A DNA stretch of 64,000 bases, from the IMG/VR virus record IMGVR_UViG_3300044613_001789, positions 202 to 64,201 of that record; one strand, written 5' to 3'. Origin of the DNA: a virus (taxonomy: Duplodnaviria; Caudoviricetes). Positions 1 to 9,879 of this stretch are shown here, piece after piece. The number at the start of each line of letters is the position of its first letter. Position 1 is the first letter of the stretch. The translations under genes were made by a program, and so were the position numbers. The notes below the pieces were generated by a model. The model ran no database searches. It was not told the origin of the DNA and worked only from the letters and a program-made list of their open reading frames with translations.

Positions 1-2
1 TG

Positions 3-812
3 GAAAATGAGCCCATCGAAATCGATCCTAAGTTCCTTAATGCCATTCGGCATACAGACAAGATGCGGTTCAAAGAATACCCAGAAGCAGCGGATTCAGA
101 CGCCGAAGAGTTTTCCATTAGCCAAACTAATAGAGTCGTGAACAACGGCTACTTCGGTTGTGCGATGGTACATCGCAATTTCGTACCGGAAGCCATCGAA
201 CTGAAGCCGTTGCCTACTCGCATTTTCGGCATCGGAGCCCATAAGACAGCGACTACGTCGCTGCATAATGCCTTCCAAATACTAGGCTACCCATCAGGAC
301 ATTGGAAAAATGCACATTGGGCAAAGTCCATCTACAACCAGATCCTCCAGGAAGGAAGATCTCTCACGCTAGAAAAGTGCTATGCACTTTGCGATCTACC
401 GATACCGTTTCTATTTCGCCAGCTCGATGTCGCCTATCCTCGCAGCAAGTTCATTTTGACTACACGTCCCGAGAAGGAATGGCTGGAGTCGGTCAGAAAG
501 CACTGGAATCCAGAGTTCAATCCACAGCAAGTGTATTGGAAGAACGATCCGTTCACTAAGATCATCCATAGGGCCGTGTACGGCCAGAACCACTTCGATC
601 CCGAAGTGATGATCCAAAAGTACCGCCAGCACAACGCAGACGTGCTAGAATACTTTAAGGATCGTCCCGACGATCTGTTGGTGATGGATATGGCAGACAC
701 TTCAACGAGCCCTTGGGCAAAGTTATGTCCGTTTTTAGGCGTCCGGGTGCCGAATTGCCAATATCCAACTTCCAACGTAGCCCCGGAAAAACAAACGGAA
801 TATGCAATATGA
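3..812 (+). CDS. Sulfotransferase-domain protein, 5'-truncated by the window edge (upstream part may be a glycosyltransferase domain)
   Basis: PAPS-loop-like GIGAHKTATTSL and KFILTTRPEKEWLES motifs; the frame is open from position 3, so ATG at 63 is probably internal. Confidence 0.85.
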   Translation, partial: ENEPIEIDPKFLNAIRHTDKMRFKEYPEAADSDAEEFSISQTNRVVNNGYFGCAMVHRNFVPEAIELKPLPTRIFGIGAHKTATTSLHNAFQILGYPSGHWKNAHWAKSIYNQILQEGRSLTLEKCYALCDLPIPFLFRQLDVAYPRSKFILTTRPEKEWLESVRKHWNPEFNPQQVYWKNDPFTKIIHRAVYGQNHFDPEVMIQKYRQHNADVLEYFKDRPDDLLVMDMADTSTSPWAKLCPFLGVRVPNCQYPTSNVAPEKQTEYAI

Positions 813-991
813 TGAGATATTTCCAAACGCTTTGGCTATCGGTCTACTTTTTCTTTGCCGATGAGCTTGGTCTATCTCCACATCGGGCTAGACCAAGCGT
901 CCGCCGTCGTAAGAAAAAGACGCGGCGGAGCCGCAGAGCGGCTTTGTGACGCAAATCGGAAACCTATCTGATTTCTGGGTAAAATTAGCCT

Positions 992-1369
992 ATGACTACT
1001 CCTGCCAAATTTGCATACGACGTGTGGGTGGGGAATCACAAGACGTTCCATTGGCGATTCGCAACTTACCTAGACGACACCGAAACCTCAACAACAGCCT
1101 ACCCCTTAACCGGAGTATCGGTGTTTTTCACCGTTTTTAACGGTGATACGAAACTGGTCGAGAAATCGACCACGGCAGGAACAGTGACGGTTTCCGGCAA
1201 CCAAGCGTCGGCTACGCTGACGCCGGCAGATACTCGCCTCATAGGCAACGCCGTCTATGAAGACGGCGTTAAGCCGACTTACGAAGTCGAGTTCCGGCAA
1301 GCCGGAATAGAGACTACGTGGCTTTACGGTAAACTTAACTTGAAGGGAGGAGATAACGAAGATGCCTGA
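992..1369 (+). CDS. Putative virion structural protein (BppU N-terminal-like beta fold)
   Basis: Thr-rich beta pattern ending YEVEF...TTWLYGKLNL; first gene of a fibre-like cluster. Confidence 0.5.
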   Translation: MTTPAKFAYDVWVGNHKTFHWRFATYLDDTETSTTAYPLTGVSVFFTVFNGDTKLVEKSTTAGTVTVSGNQASATLTPADTRLIGNAVYEDGVKPTYEVEFRQAGIETTWLYGKLNLKGGDNEDA

Positions 1370-1523
1370 TGTTATCGTAATTCCTGATACAACTAACGGT
1401 CCTGATGTAATTGTCATTGTGCAAGAAGGTCCGGTTGGACCGTCAGGCACGGTGATTACATTCGGAACAGCTCCACCGTCTGGCGGCAACGATGGCGATA
1501 TCTATCTACAGTATTCACCCTAA
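1362..1523 (+). CDS. Small fibre-associated protein (53 aa, not in ORF track)
   Basis: GGAGG upstream; MPDVIVIP...GPVGPSG...GTAPPSGGNDGDIYLQYSP, a short collagen stretch plus a GDIY motif seen in phage fibres. Confidence 0.7.
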   Translation: MPDVIVIPDTTNGPDVIVIVQEGPVGPSGTVITFGTAPPSGGNDGDIYLQYSP

Positions 1524-1537
1524 AGGAATAAAAACAA

Positions 1538-1957
1538 ATGGCAATTCAATTTAATGTTGCGACACGCAACGCAAGGCTTGACACAATCGAATCGACGAAC
1601 GGGACATCCTGTTCGCTGGAGATTCGTTCGGGTACTGTTCCAGCAAACTGTGCAGCAACACGGACTGGAACAGTGCTTGCCACAATCAACCTTCCATCCG
1701 ACTGGATGGCCGCAGCGTCATCGGGTGCGAAAGCCATTGCAGGAACTTGGCAAGACTTGAGTGCCGATGCTACTGGTACGGCAGGTCATTTCTGCGTCTA
1801 CAACTCGCAAGCGACAAAGGACGGAACAACTTGCTTTATCCAGGGAACAGTTACAGCAACTAGCGGCGGTGGCGACATGGAAGTTTCTTCGACTTCATTC
1901 ACCGCAGGTCAATCGTTCACGGTCAATACGTTTACCCTGACAGACGGCAACGCTTAA
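1538..1957 (+). CDS. Putative virion structural protein
   Basis: AAGGA RBS; small-residue-rich with ADATGTAGHF and QGTVTATSGGGDM motifs of a common phage family. Confidence 0.65.
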   Translation: MAIQFNVATRNARLDTIESTNGTSCSLEIRSGTVPANCAATRTGTVLATINLPSDWMAAASSGAKAIAGTWQDLSADATGTAGHFCVYNSQATKDGTTCFIQGTVTATSGGGDMEVSSTSFTAGQSFTVNTFTLTDGNA

Positions 1958-1959
1958 CC

Positions 1960-2451
1960 ATGCAGCTAACAACAGCACAGCAAACGACGCTTCGCAACTT
2001 CGTTCTAGCCGATCCTGTTTTTTCGGTTCAGCCGCAAACTAACAGTGGTGCTCTGTTCATTGCCGAGGCATTGAATCAACCGACAGAACCAGCGTTCATC
2101 GTGTGGAGGACATCTGTCTCCGTTGACGAGATTATGCGAAACGGCATGGACTGGGCACGAGTCGATAATCTTTCAGTAGGTAAGGCAAGAATCTGGGATT
2201 GGATGAGTCGCCTTGGTTCGTTCGATGCCAGCAAGCCGAACGTACGAGCGGGTATTGATGCTTGTTGGGTTGGTACAGCGGCAGATTTGGCAGTACGTGC
2301 TTCTGTTTACGTTCATTGCAAACGAACAGCCAACGGGGTTGAAAAGCTACTAGCCACAGGCACGGGTAGTAATGCTGTTCCTGCGGTTACTTCAGCCGAA
2401 GGAACGCTATCGTACTTAGACGTAGTTCAAGCTATGGGTTGGTTCTACTAA
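1960..2451 (+). CDS. Hypothetical phage protein
   Basis: Tightly packed ORF in the operon. Confidence 0.7.
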   Translation: MQLTTAQQTTLRNFVLADPVFSVQPQTNSGALFIAEALNQPTEPAFIVWRTSVSVDEIMRNGMDWARVDNLSVGKARIWDWMSRLGSFDASKPNVRAGIDACWVGTAADLAVRASVYVHCKRTANGVEKLLATGTGSNAVPAVTSAEGTLSYLDVVQAMGWFY

Positions 2452-2452
2452 T

Positions 2453-2944
2453 ATGCCAAGTAAAGTTTACAGAGCTACGGAAACTCCGATAGTTTTTCGC
2501 GATAGCGGTGGCGATGTCGTTATCACGCTGAATAACTTAGCATTCGGTGCTGGTCGCGTGTCGGCTCGTTATGATCGAGGTGCGGGTAGCCTAGCAGAGT
2601 CGCACGAGGTTACTGGAGTCTTTCAGTTTGAAACTGCACCAGCACTTGGTGAGGCTGTTGAGCTCTATCTATTCCAGTCCGATGGAACCTACATGGATGG
2701 AACGCTGGGCACGTCAGACGCTGCACTAACAGCGGACAAGAGACGCAACGGAATACTCATCGGTGCTGTGATTGTAGACACGACATCGACAGCCACGGAT
2801 ATAGTCGCACGTTTTCAAAACGTACCAATCACCAGTCGATACTATTCCATCGGTGTCTGGAACGCATCGGCAGGTGACAACTTAGAGAACACAGCCAACG
2901 CTTCACGAGTCATCGTTACACCAATGCCACCAGAGGCCCAATAA
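2453..2944 (+). CDS. Hypothetical phage protein (probable beta-sandwich structural protein)
   Basis: Tightly packed ORF, alternating hydrophobic pattern. Confidence 0.65.
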   Translation: MPSKVYRATETPIVFRDSGGDVVITLNNLAFGAGRVSARYDRGAGSLAESHEVTGVFQFETAPALGEAVELYLFQSDGTYMDGTLGTSDAALTADKRRNGILIGAVIVDTTSTATDIVARFQNVPITSRYYSIGVWNASAGDNLENTANASRVIVTPMPPEAQ

Positions 2945-2945
2945 C

Positions 2946-4256
2946 ATGCTGCTGACATCCACCAGCGATAAAATCCGATTGGTCACTTCCGTAGCTGGTG
3001 ATGTTCGCGTGCAAGCTAGCTACGTGGACCTCTCTGGTAGTACGGTTACACCTGGACGGCTTAACAGTTCTATCAGCACAGCTACGACGACCGATATAGT
3101 CGCAAGCCCTGCAAGTAGCACGCAACGAAAAATAAAGTACGTATCCATTTGGAACGACTCTAGCAGTTCAGCCAATTCGGTTACAGTGCAACACACTGAC
3201 GGGACGACAGTCGTCGATATTTACGTCGTCAGTCTGCCAAGCCAATCAGGATTGACCTACGTCGATGGGCAAGGCTGGACTGTAATCGGCAATTCTAGAC
3301 CGACAAACATTCAAACCTTTTCCGCAAGTGGCACATGGAACAAGCCGACCAGCTTCAACCCGGGCGTTGTTATGGTTCGCGTCTGGGGTGCAGGTGGCGG
3401 TGGCGGTGGGGGTTCGTCTCTGGCAACTGCGACCGTTACCAAGGGTGGCGGTGGCGGCGGCGGGGGTTGCTTTGTTGAAAGAATTTTCAGAGCATCTGAC
3501 CTTGGCGACGACGTATCGGTGACCATCGGTGCAGGAGGCTCAGCGGGCACGGGTGCAACGGCAGGCGGCTCCGGCGGCGATGGTGGCGTCGGCGGCAACA
3601 CGACATTTGGCTCACTGCTGACCGGCTACGGTGGCGGCGGCGGAAGAGGCGGGCAAAACTCTGCGCTTGCGACTGGCGGTGGCGGCGGCGGTGGCGGGCA
3701 CTCTGCCGGTCAAACAGCCACCGCAGCGGTGGGCGGCAACGGGGGGCAGCCAATTTCGTCCGGGCCGGGTTTTGACATTCAAGGCATCACGGGGGCGGTT
3801 GGCTCGGGTAATAGTTATTACGGTCACTTCGGCGGGGGCGGCGGTGGCGGCTCGACAAATGCTGCCGCTTCAACCTCTGGCGGCGGGTCGCTTTTTGGCG
3901 GCGGTGGCGGCGGCTCGGGCGGTGGAACAAGCGCAGTTCCTGCGGCAACCAGCCCGACGACCGGCGGCGGTTTTAGCTCGTCTGTTGGCGGCGGGGGAGC
4001 GGCGGGCGTCTCAGCGGGTCCATCAGGCCCGTCACCTCTGCCCGGCGATGCGGGCGGGGCAACCAACGGCACAACGGGTGGCGCGGGTGGCGGCGGTGGC
4101 GGCTCGACTGTGCAGGCTTCCGCCAACGGCGCAGCGGGCGGCGCAGGCGGGCTCGGCGGCGGCGGTGGCGGTGGTGGCGGGCGTGGCAGCAATCCGGGTC
4201 TTGGCGGCGCTGGTGGCATCGGTGGCGCTGGATACTGTGTCGTAATCTCTTGGTAA
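2946..4256 (+). CDS. Glycine-rich fibre/adhesin-like protein, paralog 1
   Basis: ~115-aa N-domain then QTFSASGTWNKP...VWGAGGGGG, many poly-Gly runs, ends GGAGYCVVISW. Confidence 0.8.
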   Translation: MLLTSTSDKIRLVTSVAGDVRVQASYVDLSGSTVTPGRLNSSISTATTTDIVASPASSTQRKIKYVSIWNDSSSSANSVTVQHTDGTTVVDIYVVSLPSQSGLTYVDGQGWTVIGNSRPTNIQTFSASGTWNKPTSFNPGVVMVRVWGAGGGGGGGSSLATATVTKGGGGGGGGCFVERIFRASDLGDDVSVTIGAGGSAGTGATAGGSGGDGGVGGNTTFGSLLTGYGGGGGRGGQNSALATGGGGGGGGHSAGQTATAAVGGNGGQPISSGPGFDIQGITGAVGSGNSYYGHFGGGGGGGSTNAAASTSGGGSLFGGGGGGSGGGTSAVPAATSPTTGGGFSSSVGGGGAAGVSAGPSGPSPLPGDAGGATNGTTGGAGGGGGGSTVQASANGAAGGAGGLGGGGGGGGGRGSNPGLGGAGGIGGAGYCVVISW

Positions 4257-4262
4257 TAAAAA

Positions 4263-5561
4263 ATGTACCTAACGTCAACCAGCGACAAAATCAGAGTCAC
4301 AACAAGTTTATCGAACAGCGTCCTAGTTCACGCTTCCTATGTGGACCTGTCCGGTAGTACAGTCACACCAGGCAGGCTCAACACGAGCATAGCAGCGGCA
4401 ACCACAACTGACGTAGTGGGCAGCCCTAGTGGGAGCGATAGCCGAGTCGTAAAGTTTCTATCGGTATGGAACGACCACAATTCAGCGGCTCAGACAATTA
4501 CAGTGCTGCATACGGATGGAACAACGACGGCGGATTTGTGGAGCGGTAGCATTCCTGCCCAGTCAGGATTGATTTTCGACGAAGCAAGCGGGTGGAAGGT
4601 GTCATCTCCGTTCCCTTCGGCGGACATTAAGACTTTTGATGCCCCGGGTGGAACGTGGACCAAGCCGACCGGTCCTCGCACCGGGCTGACCCTTATCCGG
4701 CTGTGGGGCGGCGGAGGCGGCGGCGGAGGCGGCGCGTCTCTGGCAACTGCAGTTGTCGCTAAAGGTGGATCGGGCGGCGGCGGGGGGCTGTGCGCCAGTC
4801 AGATTTTTCCGACCGATTCTCTGCCCGAAAAATTGACTGTCGTGATCGGATTGGGCGGCGGCGGTGGTGGCGGCGGCACGGCTGGCGCAGCGGGCTTGAG
4901 CCCGCTTTTTGGATCCCCGTCGTATGTTCGGGCAACGACCTACACGCTACTTTTCGCCCATGGCGGGGCTGCGGGGACGGGTGGTGCGATCAGCGCCGCG
5001 ACTTCCAACGGCGGCACCGGGGCGGGCACTCATGGCGCCAACCTAGGAGCCATAAACAGCGCGGGGGCATCGGGACAGCCTATCAACGGCAGCAATTCGA
5101 CTGCGTTTGGCCCTGCTTGGGAAGGCGGCGGTGGCGGTGGCGGGTCCAGCAACAGCGCAACCGTGCCTCTCGTAACTGCGGGTAGCACTGCCCGGTGGGG
5201 TGGCGGCGGTGGCGGCTCTGGCGGGTGTCACAGCAGCACCCCCACCACCATCGATGCATCGGCAGGCGGCGGCACAGGCAACAGCGTTGGCGCTACGGCG
5301 GGCGGGCTTGGCGGTGCAGCGGGCACGAGCGGTGCATCGCCTACGGCAGGCGCAAACGGCATTGACACTACCGGCATCGTAGGCGGCACAGGCGGAGGTG
5401 GTGGCGGAACGACTGTCACGGCATCTACTGCGGGCGCGGCTGGCGGCAACGGGGGCAAAGGTGGCGGCGGTGGTGGTGGTGGCGGTGTCGGCATGAACCC
5501 CGGCGTCGGTGGCCGGGGTGGCAACGGAGGCAACGGCTATGGGATCATAATATCATGGTGA
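4263..5561 (+). CDS. Glycine-rich fibre/adhesin-like protein, paralog 2
   Basis: Shares LTSTSDKIR and ASYVDLSGSTVTPGRLN with paralog 1; poly-Gly runs; ends GGNGYGIIISW. Confidence 0.8.
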   Translation: MYLTSTSDKIRVTTSLSNSVLVHASYVDLSGSTVTPGRLNTSIAAATTTDVVGSPSGSDSRVVKFLSVWNDHNSAAQTITVLHTDGTTTADLWSGSIPAQSGLIFDEASGWKVSSPFPSADIKTFDAPGGTWTKPTGPRTGLTLIRLWGGGGGGGGGASLATAVVAKGGSGGGGGLCASQIFPTDSLPEKLTVVIGLGGGGGGGGTAGAAGLSPLFGSPSYVRATTYTLLFAHGGAAGTGGAISAATSNGGTGAGTHGANLGAINSAGASGQPINGSNSTAFGPAWEGGGGGGGSSNSATVPLVTAGSTARWGGGGGGSGGCHSSTPTTIDASAGGGTGNSVGATAGGLGGAAGTSGASPTAGANGIDTTGIVGGTGGGGGGTTVTASTAGAAGGNGGKGGGGGGGGGVGMNPGVGGRGGNGGNGYGIIISW

Positions 5562-5752
5562 CACGTTGGGCGTTACTGACAGCATCAGGTCAAGTCTTTA
5601 ACGTGTGTGTTTGGGATGGGGTCGAGGCTTGGACTGCGCCGGTCCATCTCACTGTTATTGTGTGTCCCGATTACGCTGGCCCTGGTTGGCAATACGTCGA
5701 TTCGGAGTGGTCTCTGATTCCTCCTCCTGTTGAAGAAGGCGGGGGCGACTAA
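5555..5752 (+). CDS. Small fibre-associated/chaperone-like protein
   Basis: V.NVCVWDG...W..P and GPGWQY motifs of small genes that follow Gly-rich fibre genes. Confidence 0.6.
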   Translation: MVTRWALLTASGQVFNVCVWDGVEAWTAPVHLTVIVCPDYAGPGWQYVDSEWSLIPPPVEEGGGD

Positions 5753-5753
5753 A

Positions 5754-7598
5754 ATGGCGCGGATCGGTGCGTTTGATCGACATCTAGAACCGTTAGCATG
5801 GTGGGAAGCAGAACTGATTCCTGCGGGCTGGTACGTCGATGAATTGCTCGTCGAGCCAGCTTCAGGTGTAACAGGTACGCTGTCTCGAACTCTAGACGGG
5901 GCAACACTCGTCTCTAGCGGAGAGTTGGTTACGCCGAGCACTTCGTCTGCGATTCTTATCCCAAGCTCGAATAACCCGAGCTACCGAAGCGGTTTCTATT
6001 CTCCACGTCGCGGTGGCACACCGAAGTATCCAAGTCTATGGGACGGGTGCGTCGGTGCTTGGGCACCTTCGCTGGGGCAGTCGGGGTTGACAAGTATTTT
6101 TGATCAATCGCTGTATCAAAATCACGGAATCACAAGTTTAGCCAGTTCTGATTGGGTTGTTAGCGGCGGGGCAACAGCATTAAATCTAAATGGTACAGGC
6201 ACTACAATTACTAATGCCTTGCGTACTATATCTGGTAACCTGACTCTATCTTTTTGGTTCTACAATACGGGAAATTTTACTGCTTACGCAACACCGTTTG
6301 ACAGCGGTGTGTCACATTCAACTCGTGCCTGTTCTGTGTTTTTTGGTCCCAACAACAATTCAGTTTACTGTGCTTTTGGAGAGCCTGTCGGTGGTTCTGC
6401 CGTTGGTTCAGGTATGAATATGCAGCTGAATACATGGACTCACCTAGCAGTGACCGTAAGCGGAACGACTGCGACTATTTACAAAAACGGCGTATCGTTT
6501 GGTTCAGCTAGCTCGAATGTGGTTGGTTCAACATGGACAAATAACAGGTCAATTAGTATTGGAACGAATCCATCTGGTGGGGGGGCATCGTTCCAAGGTA
6601 ATGTCGATGACTTCCGTTTGTATAACAGAGTTTTGTCGGTACGCGAAATCCAACTCTTTGCCAGAAAACGCGGCATCGCATACGAGCGTGCAAGCAGAAA
6701 GCTATCTGTCTCTTCTGCTCCTGCTCCTACTGGTTCGGTATCGAGCACGTTAGCCAACGCCACCCTTTCCTCGTCGGGCACGTTAGCAAGTGGGTTGTCT
6801 GGTACGGTATCGGCAGTGCTAGCCGATGTTAGCTTGTCCTCAACAGGTACGCTTGCGTCTGGTGCAACGGGCACACTAACAAGCACGCTGGATGCAGCAA
6901 CAATAGCTTCCACTGGCACGGTCGGAAGTGGAGTAACGGCAACAGTATCGGTTACGCTAGCAGCGGCAACGGTATCGGCTTCTGGTACGCTTGAGGCTGG
7001 CTTAACTGGTAGCACCAATAGCACACTCACAAACGCAACGCTATCGTCTTCGGGCACTGTCGCTGCGGGTGCTTCAGGTACGGTAACGCGTACACTGGAC
7101 AACGCAACGCTATCAGCAACAGGTGGTGCGGCTGGTTCCGTAACTGGTTCAGTTTCGGCAAGCCTAGCGGCTGTTACTTGCTCGGCAACCGCAACGCTTG
7201 CGGCTGGACTAAGTGGTAGCGTCACAAGAACACTCGCTGACGTTGTAGCGTCGGCAACTGGCACATTAGCTGCCGGTGCATCAGGTAGCGTCACACGAAC
7301 ACTCGCAGATGCTACGTTATCGTCCACTGGTTCTTTCAGTGCTGGGCTAACAGCACAAGTCAACCGAGCACTTGATTCGTGCGTTGTATCGTCATCTGGT
7401 ACAGTCGCAAACGGTGCTACTGGTTCGTTATCAGTTCAGCTTGCATCGGCTACGTTGGTTAGCGGCAATGTTGCTCTGGGTGGCTTCCGGCTAAAGGTTG
7501 CGGGTGAATGGAAAGATGCGATGGCATTTGTAAAAGTAACCGGCACTTGGAAGAGTGCAACACCTTTCGTAAAAGTCAGCGGGGTTTGGAAACAGTGA
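5754..7598 (+). CDS. LamG (concanavalin A-like) domain fibre protein with ~25-aa Ser/Thr/Ala/Gly repeats
   Basis: LTLSFWF, WTHLAVT, FQGNVDDFRLYNRVLS; repeated SGTLASG.SG.V...LA.ATLS; C-terminal triple (V/L)KV.G.WK. Confidence 0.85.
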   Translation: MARIGAFDRHLEPLAWWEAELIPAGWYVDELLVEPASGVTGTLSRTLDGATLVSSGELVTPSTSSAILIPSSNNPSYRSGFYSPRRGGTPKYPSLWDGCVGAWAPSLGQSGLTSIFDQSLYQNHGITSLASSDWVVSGGATALNLNGTGTTITNALRTISGNLTLSFWFYNTGNFTAYATPFDSGVSHSTRACSVFFGPNNNSVYCAFGEPVGGSAVGSGMNMQLNTWTHLAVTVSGTTATIYKNGVSFGSASSNVVGSTWTNNRSISIGTNPSGGGASFQGNVDDFRLYNRVLSVREIQLFARKRGIAYERASRKLSVSSAPAPTGSVSSTLANATLSSSGTLASGLSGTVSAVLADVSLSSTGTLASGATGTLTSTLDAATIASTGTVGSGVTATVSVTLAAATVSASGTLEAGLTGSTNSTLTNATLSSSGTVAAGASGTVTRTLDNATLSATGGAAGSVTGSVSASLAAVTCSATATLAAGLSGSVTRTLADVVASATGTLAAGASGSVTRTLADATLSSTGSFSAGLTAQVNRALDSCVVSSSGTVANGATGSLSVQLASATLVSGNVALGGFRLKVAGEWKDAMAFVKVTGTWKSATPFVKVSGVWKQ

Positions 7599-8317
7599 CT
7601 TCTGACGCCGATTTAAGCTGGCAAATATATCGTGCAACGCTAAAGCACGGCGACGAAGCCAAAGTAGCCGAGTCCCTCGGCCTATCGCCGTTCGCCTTGA
7701 AGCAATTGTTAGCTGACGATCCCGTATTGCGGAACGCAATGGATGCTGCCTTAGCTGACCGGTTGCCGGCAGTTCTAAACGACTTGTCTGAGGAATCAAA
7801 AGCAATCTGGGCCAGTTTGTCGGGTCCGGTTACGGACGACGCCAAGCAAGCGGCTATGATTGCTCTGGCAGGAAAAGGAGAACGGGAGCGTAAGAAGCTG
7901 TTGGCCTGGGCTTTGCTAAACAATAATTTTGATGTAACCGGGGCTTGCCGTAATCTCAAGATAGCAATCCGAGAATTCGAACGCTGGAGTAAGAATGATC
8001 CAGAGTTCGCTGAGATGATTGCCGATATCCAGGCAGCCAAGCGGCATTTTGTCGAAGGCCGGTTGATGGGGCTTGTGTCGGCAGGATCGGAAAAGGCAAC
8101 TTTATTCGCTGCGGAACGCCTGATGAAAGATGTGTACGGTAAAGTCCTAACCGTAGAAGGAAATGTGAATATGCATCACAGTACCATCGACTTAGGCCGA
8201 CTGCCTATCTCAATTAAAAGCAGAATCTTCGAGTTACTCGAAGAAGCGAGCGTCATTACTCCGGACGGCTTAATTTCTTATGACCTAGTCGCAGAAGACG
8301 TAAAAAGACTGAATTAA
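7595..8317 (+). CDS. Putative terminase small subunit / HTH DNA-binding protein
   Basis: GTGA overlap with the upstream stop; DVTGACRNLKI...W...DPEFA...FVEGRLMGLV..G...ATLF pattern. Confidence 0.55.
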   Translation: MTSDADLSWQIYRATLKHGDEAKVAESLGLSPFALKQLLADDPVLRNAMDAALADRLPAVLNDLSEESKAIWASLSGPVTDDAKQAAMIALAGKGERERKKLLAWALLNNNFDVTGACRNLKIAIREFERWSKNDPEFAEMIADIQAAKRHFVEGRLMGLVSAGSEKATLFAAERLMKDVYGKVLTVEGNVNMHHSTIDLGRLPISIKSRIFELLEEASVITPDGLISYDLVAEDVKRLN

Positions 8318-8318
8318 C

Positions 8319-8414
8319 TAGACTTCTGCGACGATTTCTGTTAAAATGCGAAGAGCCGAAAGGTGTTCACCCTTTCGGCTCTTCTAAACACAAACGATAG
8401 GAAAAGTATCATCT
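8319..8414 (+). promoter_or_regulatory. Sigma70-type promoter plus 14-bp palindrome upstream of HNH gene 1
   Basis: TAGACT-N17-TAAAAT with extended TG, then GAAGAGCCGAAAGG-N7-CCTTTCGGCTCTTC. Confidence 0.8.
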
Positions 8415-9110
8415 ATGTCTAATTACATTCTAATACACGGCATCCGTATTGCCAAGACTTTCGAACCAGAAACCTTCGGTCGTCTCACGACCATCGGTCC
8501 TCGGTTTCTGCTTCCAGTAGGCACAAAATGGGAATATGCGCCTCGCCAAGTCTGTAGGTGTGTCTGCGGCAATATAACCATAGTGCACTCCGCTAGCCTA
8601 ATAACAGGAAACACAGAGAGTTGCGGCTGCAAACACAAAGAAAAAGTATACAGACATGGAGGAGTATCAGGTCGCAACAGGTCTGAGTACGCCAGTTATG
8701 TTAGTATGTTGTCACGATGCACGAACCCAAACACCAAAGATTATCCAAATTACGGAGGACGCGGAATCCGCGTCTGCGACCGATGGCGAGAACCCAACGG
8801 CCAAGGTTTCCTTAATTTCCTTTCAGATATGGGAGCAAAACCATTCAAGAATTTAACTGTAGAACGGAAATTAGTAAACGGTAATTATTGCCCAGAAAAC
8901 TGCTGTTGGGCTACGAATACAGAGCAAGCCAGAAACAGGCGAAGCAACCTGAACTTAACTCACGACGGAAAGACTCAGTGCTTAACTGCCTGGGCTGAAG
9001 AACTAGGCATGACGCGAAGCACACTGAAAAGCCGTCTACAAAGGGGTTGGTCAATCGAAGAAGTATTGACCGCCCCCGTTCGCAAACCTAAACAAAGTCC
9101 GAAACCGTGA
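8415..9110 (+). CDS. Free-standing HNH-type endonuclease, copy 1
   Basis: FGRLT, CxCxCG, SCGC, YGGRGIRVCDRW, NGNYCPENCCWAT, LTAWAEELG. Confidence 0.85.
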   Translation: MSNYILIHGIRIAKTFEPETFGRLTTIGPRFLLPVGTKWEYAPRQVCRCVCGNITIVHSASLITGNTESCGCKHKEKVYRHGGVSGRNRSEYASYVSMLSRCTNPNTKDYPNYGGRGIRVCDRWREPNGQGFLNFLSDMGAKPFKNLTVERKLVNGNYCPENCCWATNTEQARNRRSNLNLTHDGKTQCLTAWAEELGMTRSTLKSRLQRGWSIEEVLTAPVRKPKQSPKP

Positions 9111-9120
9111 AACGGCTTAC

Positions 9121-9462
9121 TTAATCCCCTAAAAGTTTAGCCAGATCGAGCTTTACCGGCACCCGTTGTACGACTTCCTCTTCTCCAAAAAGCGACGGCG
9201 CGTAATGAATCACGGCACCCAGATCCCCATTCGTTACACGAATCCAAGTGCTGTTTTCGTAAATTCGGGGCTCCGCATTGCCGCCACCGGCGGCGAATGT
9301 AGCCACTACTTCTTTGAGTGTGTCTACCGTCAATTGGGTTCCATACGGACTTCCCCCAAATACGTTGATTGTACAATCAATCCCCACGTCCCCGATATCC
9401 AATGTCTCCAGCTTGTCAGCTAATTCACGTAACTGGACTGCTAACTTTTTCATTCTTGCCAT
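9121..9462 (-). CDS. Hypothetical protein
   Basis: 113-aa ORF filling the gap between HNH genes. Confidence 0.65.
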   Translation of the reverse strand: MARMKKLAVQLRELADKLETLDIGDVGIDCTINVFGGSPYGTQLTVDTLKEVVATFAAGGGNAEPRIYENSTWIRVTNGDLGAVIHYAPSLFGEEEVVQRVPVKLDLAKLLGD

Positions 9463-9761
9463 TGTTTGTTCTTTCGATAGTAATTGAGCAGTCGTCGGCG
9501 ATGCCGACTATAGAATTCTGCCCGTCTGTTTTGTTGAGTCATCATCGGTTGATGGGTCACATTGTAGGTGACCGTCATCAGGATTACGGCATCCCCGCCG
9601 CGTTTACAAATGAAGTTATACAGCACGCAACGAACGTGGAACTCAGTGTCGTATTCAACCAAGGCACCGATTTTCAGAATTCGAGCTTCCGGTATCTCGA
9701 CTTCGCCGTTGACCCGCTCATGGATGCGGTCGTATGCATGGTCGCTGATTACGAGATACAT
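9450..9761 (-). CDS. Hypothetical protein
   Basis: Likely start MYLVISDHAYDRIHERV; the HA..R..ER motif is common in small phage proteins. Confidence 0.6.
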   Translation of the reverse strand: MYLVISDHAYDRIHERVNGEVEIPEARILKIGALVEYDTEFHVRCVLYNFICKRGGDAVILMTVTYNVTHQPMMTQQNRRAEFYSRHRRRLLNYYRKNKQWQE

Positions 9762-9785
9762 TGCATGGTCATCTCCTATTAAAAC

Positions 9786-9879
9786 TGGACATTTGGGTTG
9801 AGGTGTGGTAAAATGCGAAAAGCTAGTGAACGCGAATTCACTAGCTTTTCTAACCACGTAAAATAGGTAAGTATTTCAA
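9786..9879 (+). promoter_or_regulatory. Sigma70-type promoter plus 14-bp palindrome upstream of HNH gene 2
   Basis: TGGACA-N17-TAAAAT, then GAAAAGCTAGTGAA-N6-TTCACTAGCTTTTC. Confidence 0.8.

Noticed and set aside
2946-5561. Diversity-generating retroelement TR/VR pair, or PE-PGRS genes
   Set aside because: The similarity is ordinary paralogy without adenine-specific differences; no reverse transcriptase; no PE domain
3311-7363. Poly-Pro and Val/Ala-rich minus-strand ORFs
   Set aside because: Antisense shadows of Gly-rich and repeat-rich plus-strand genes
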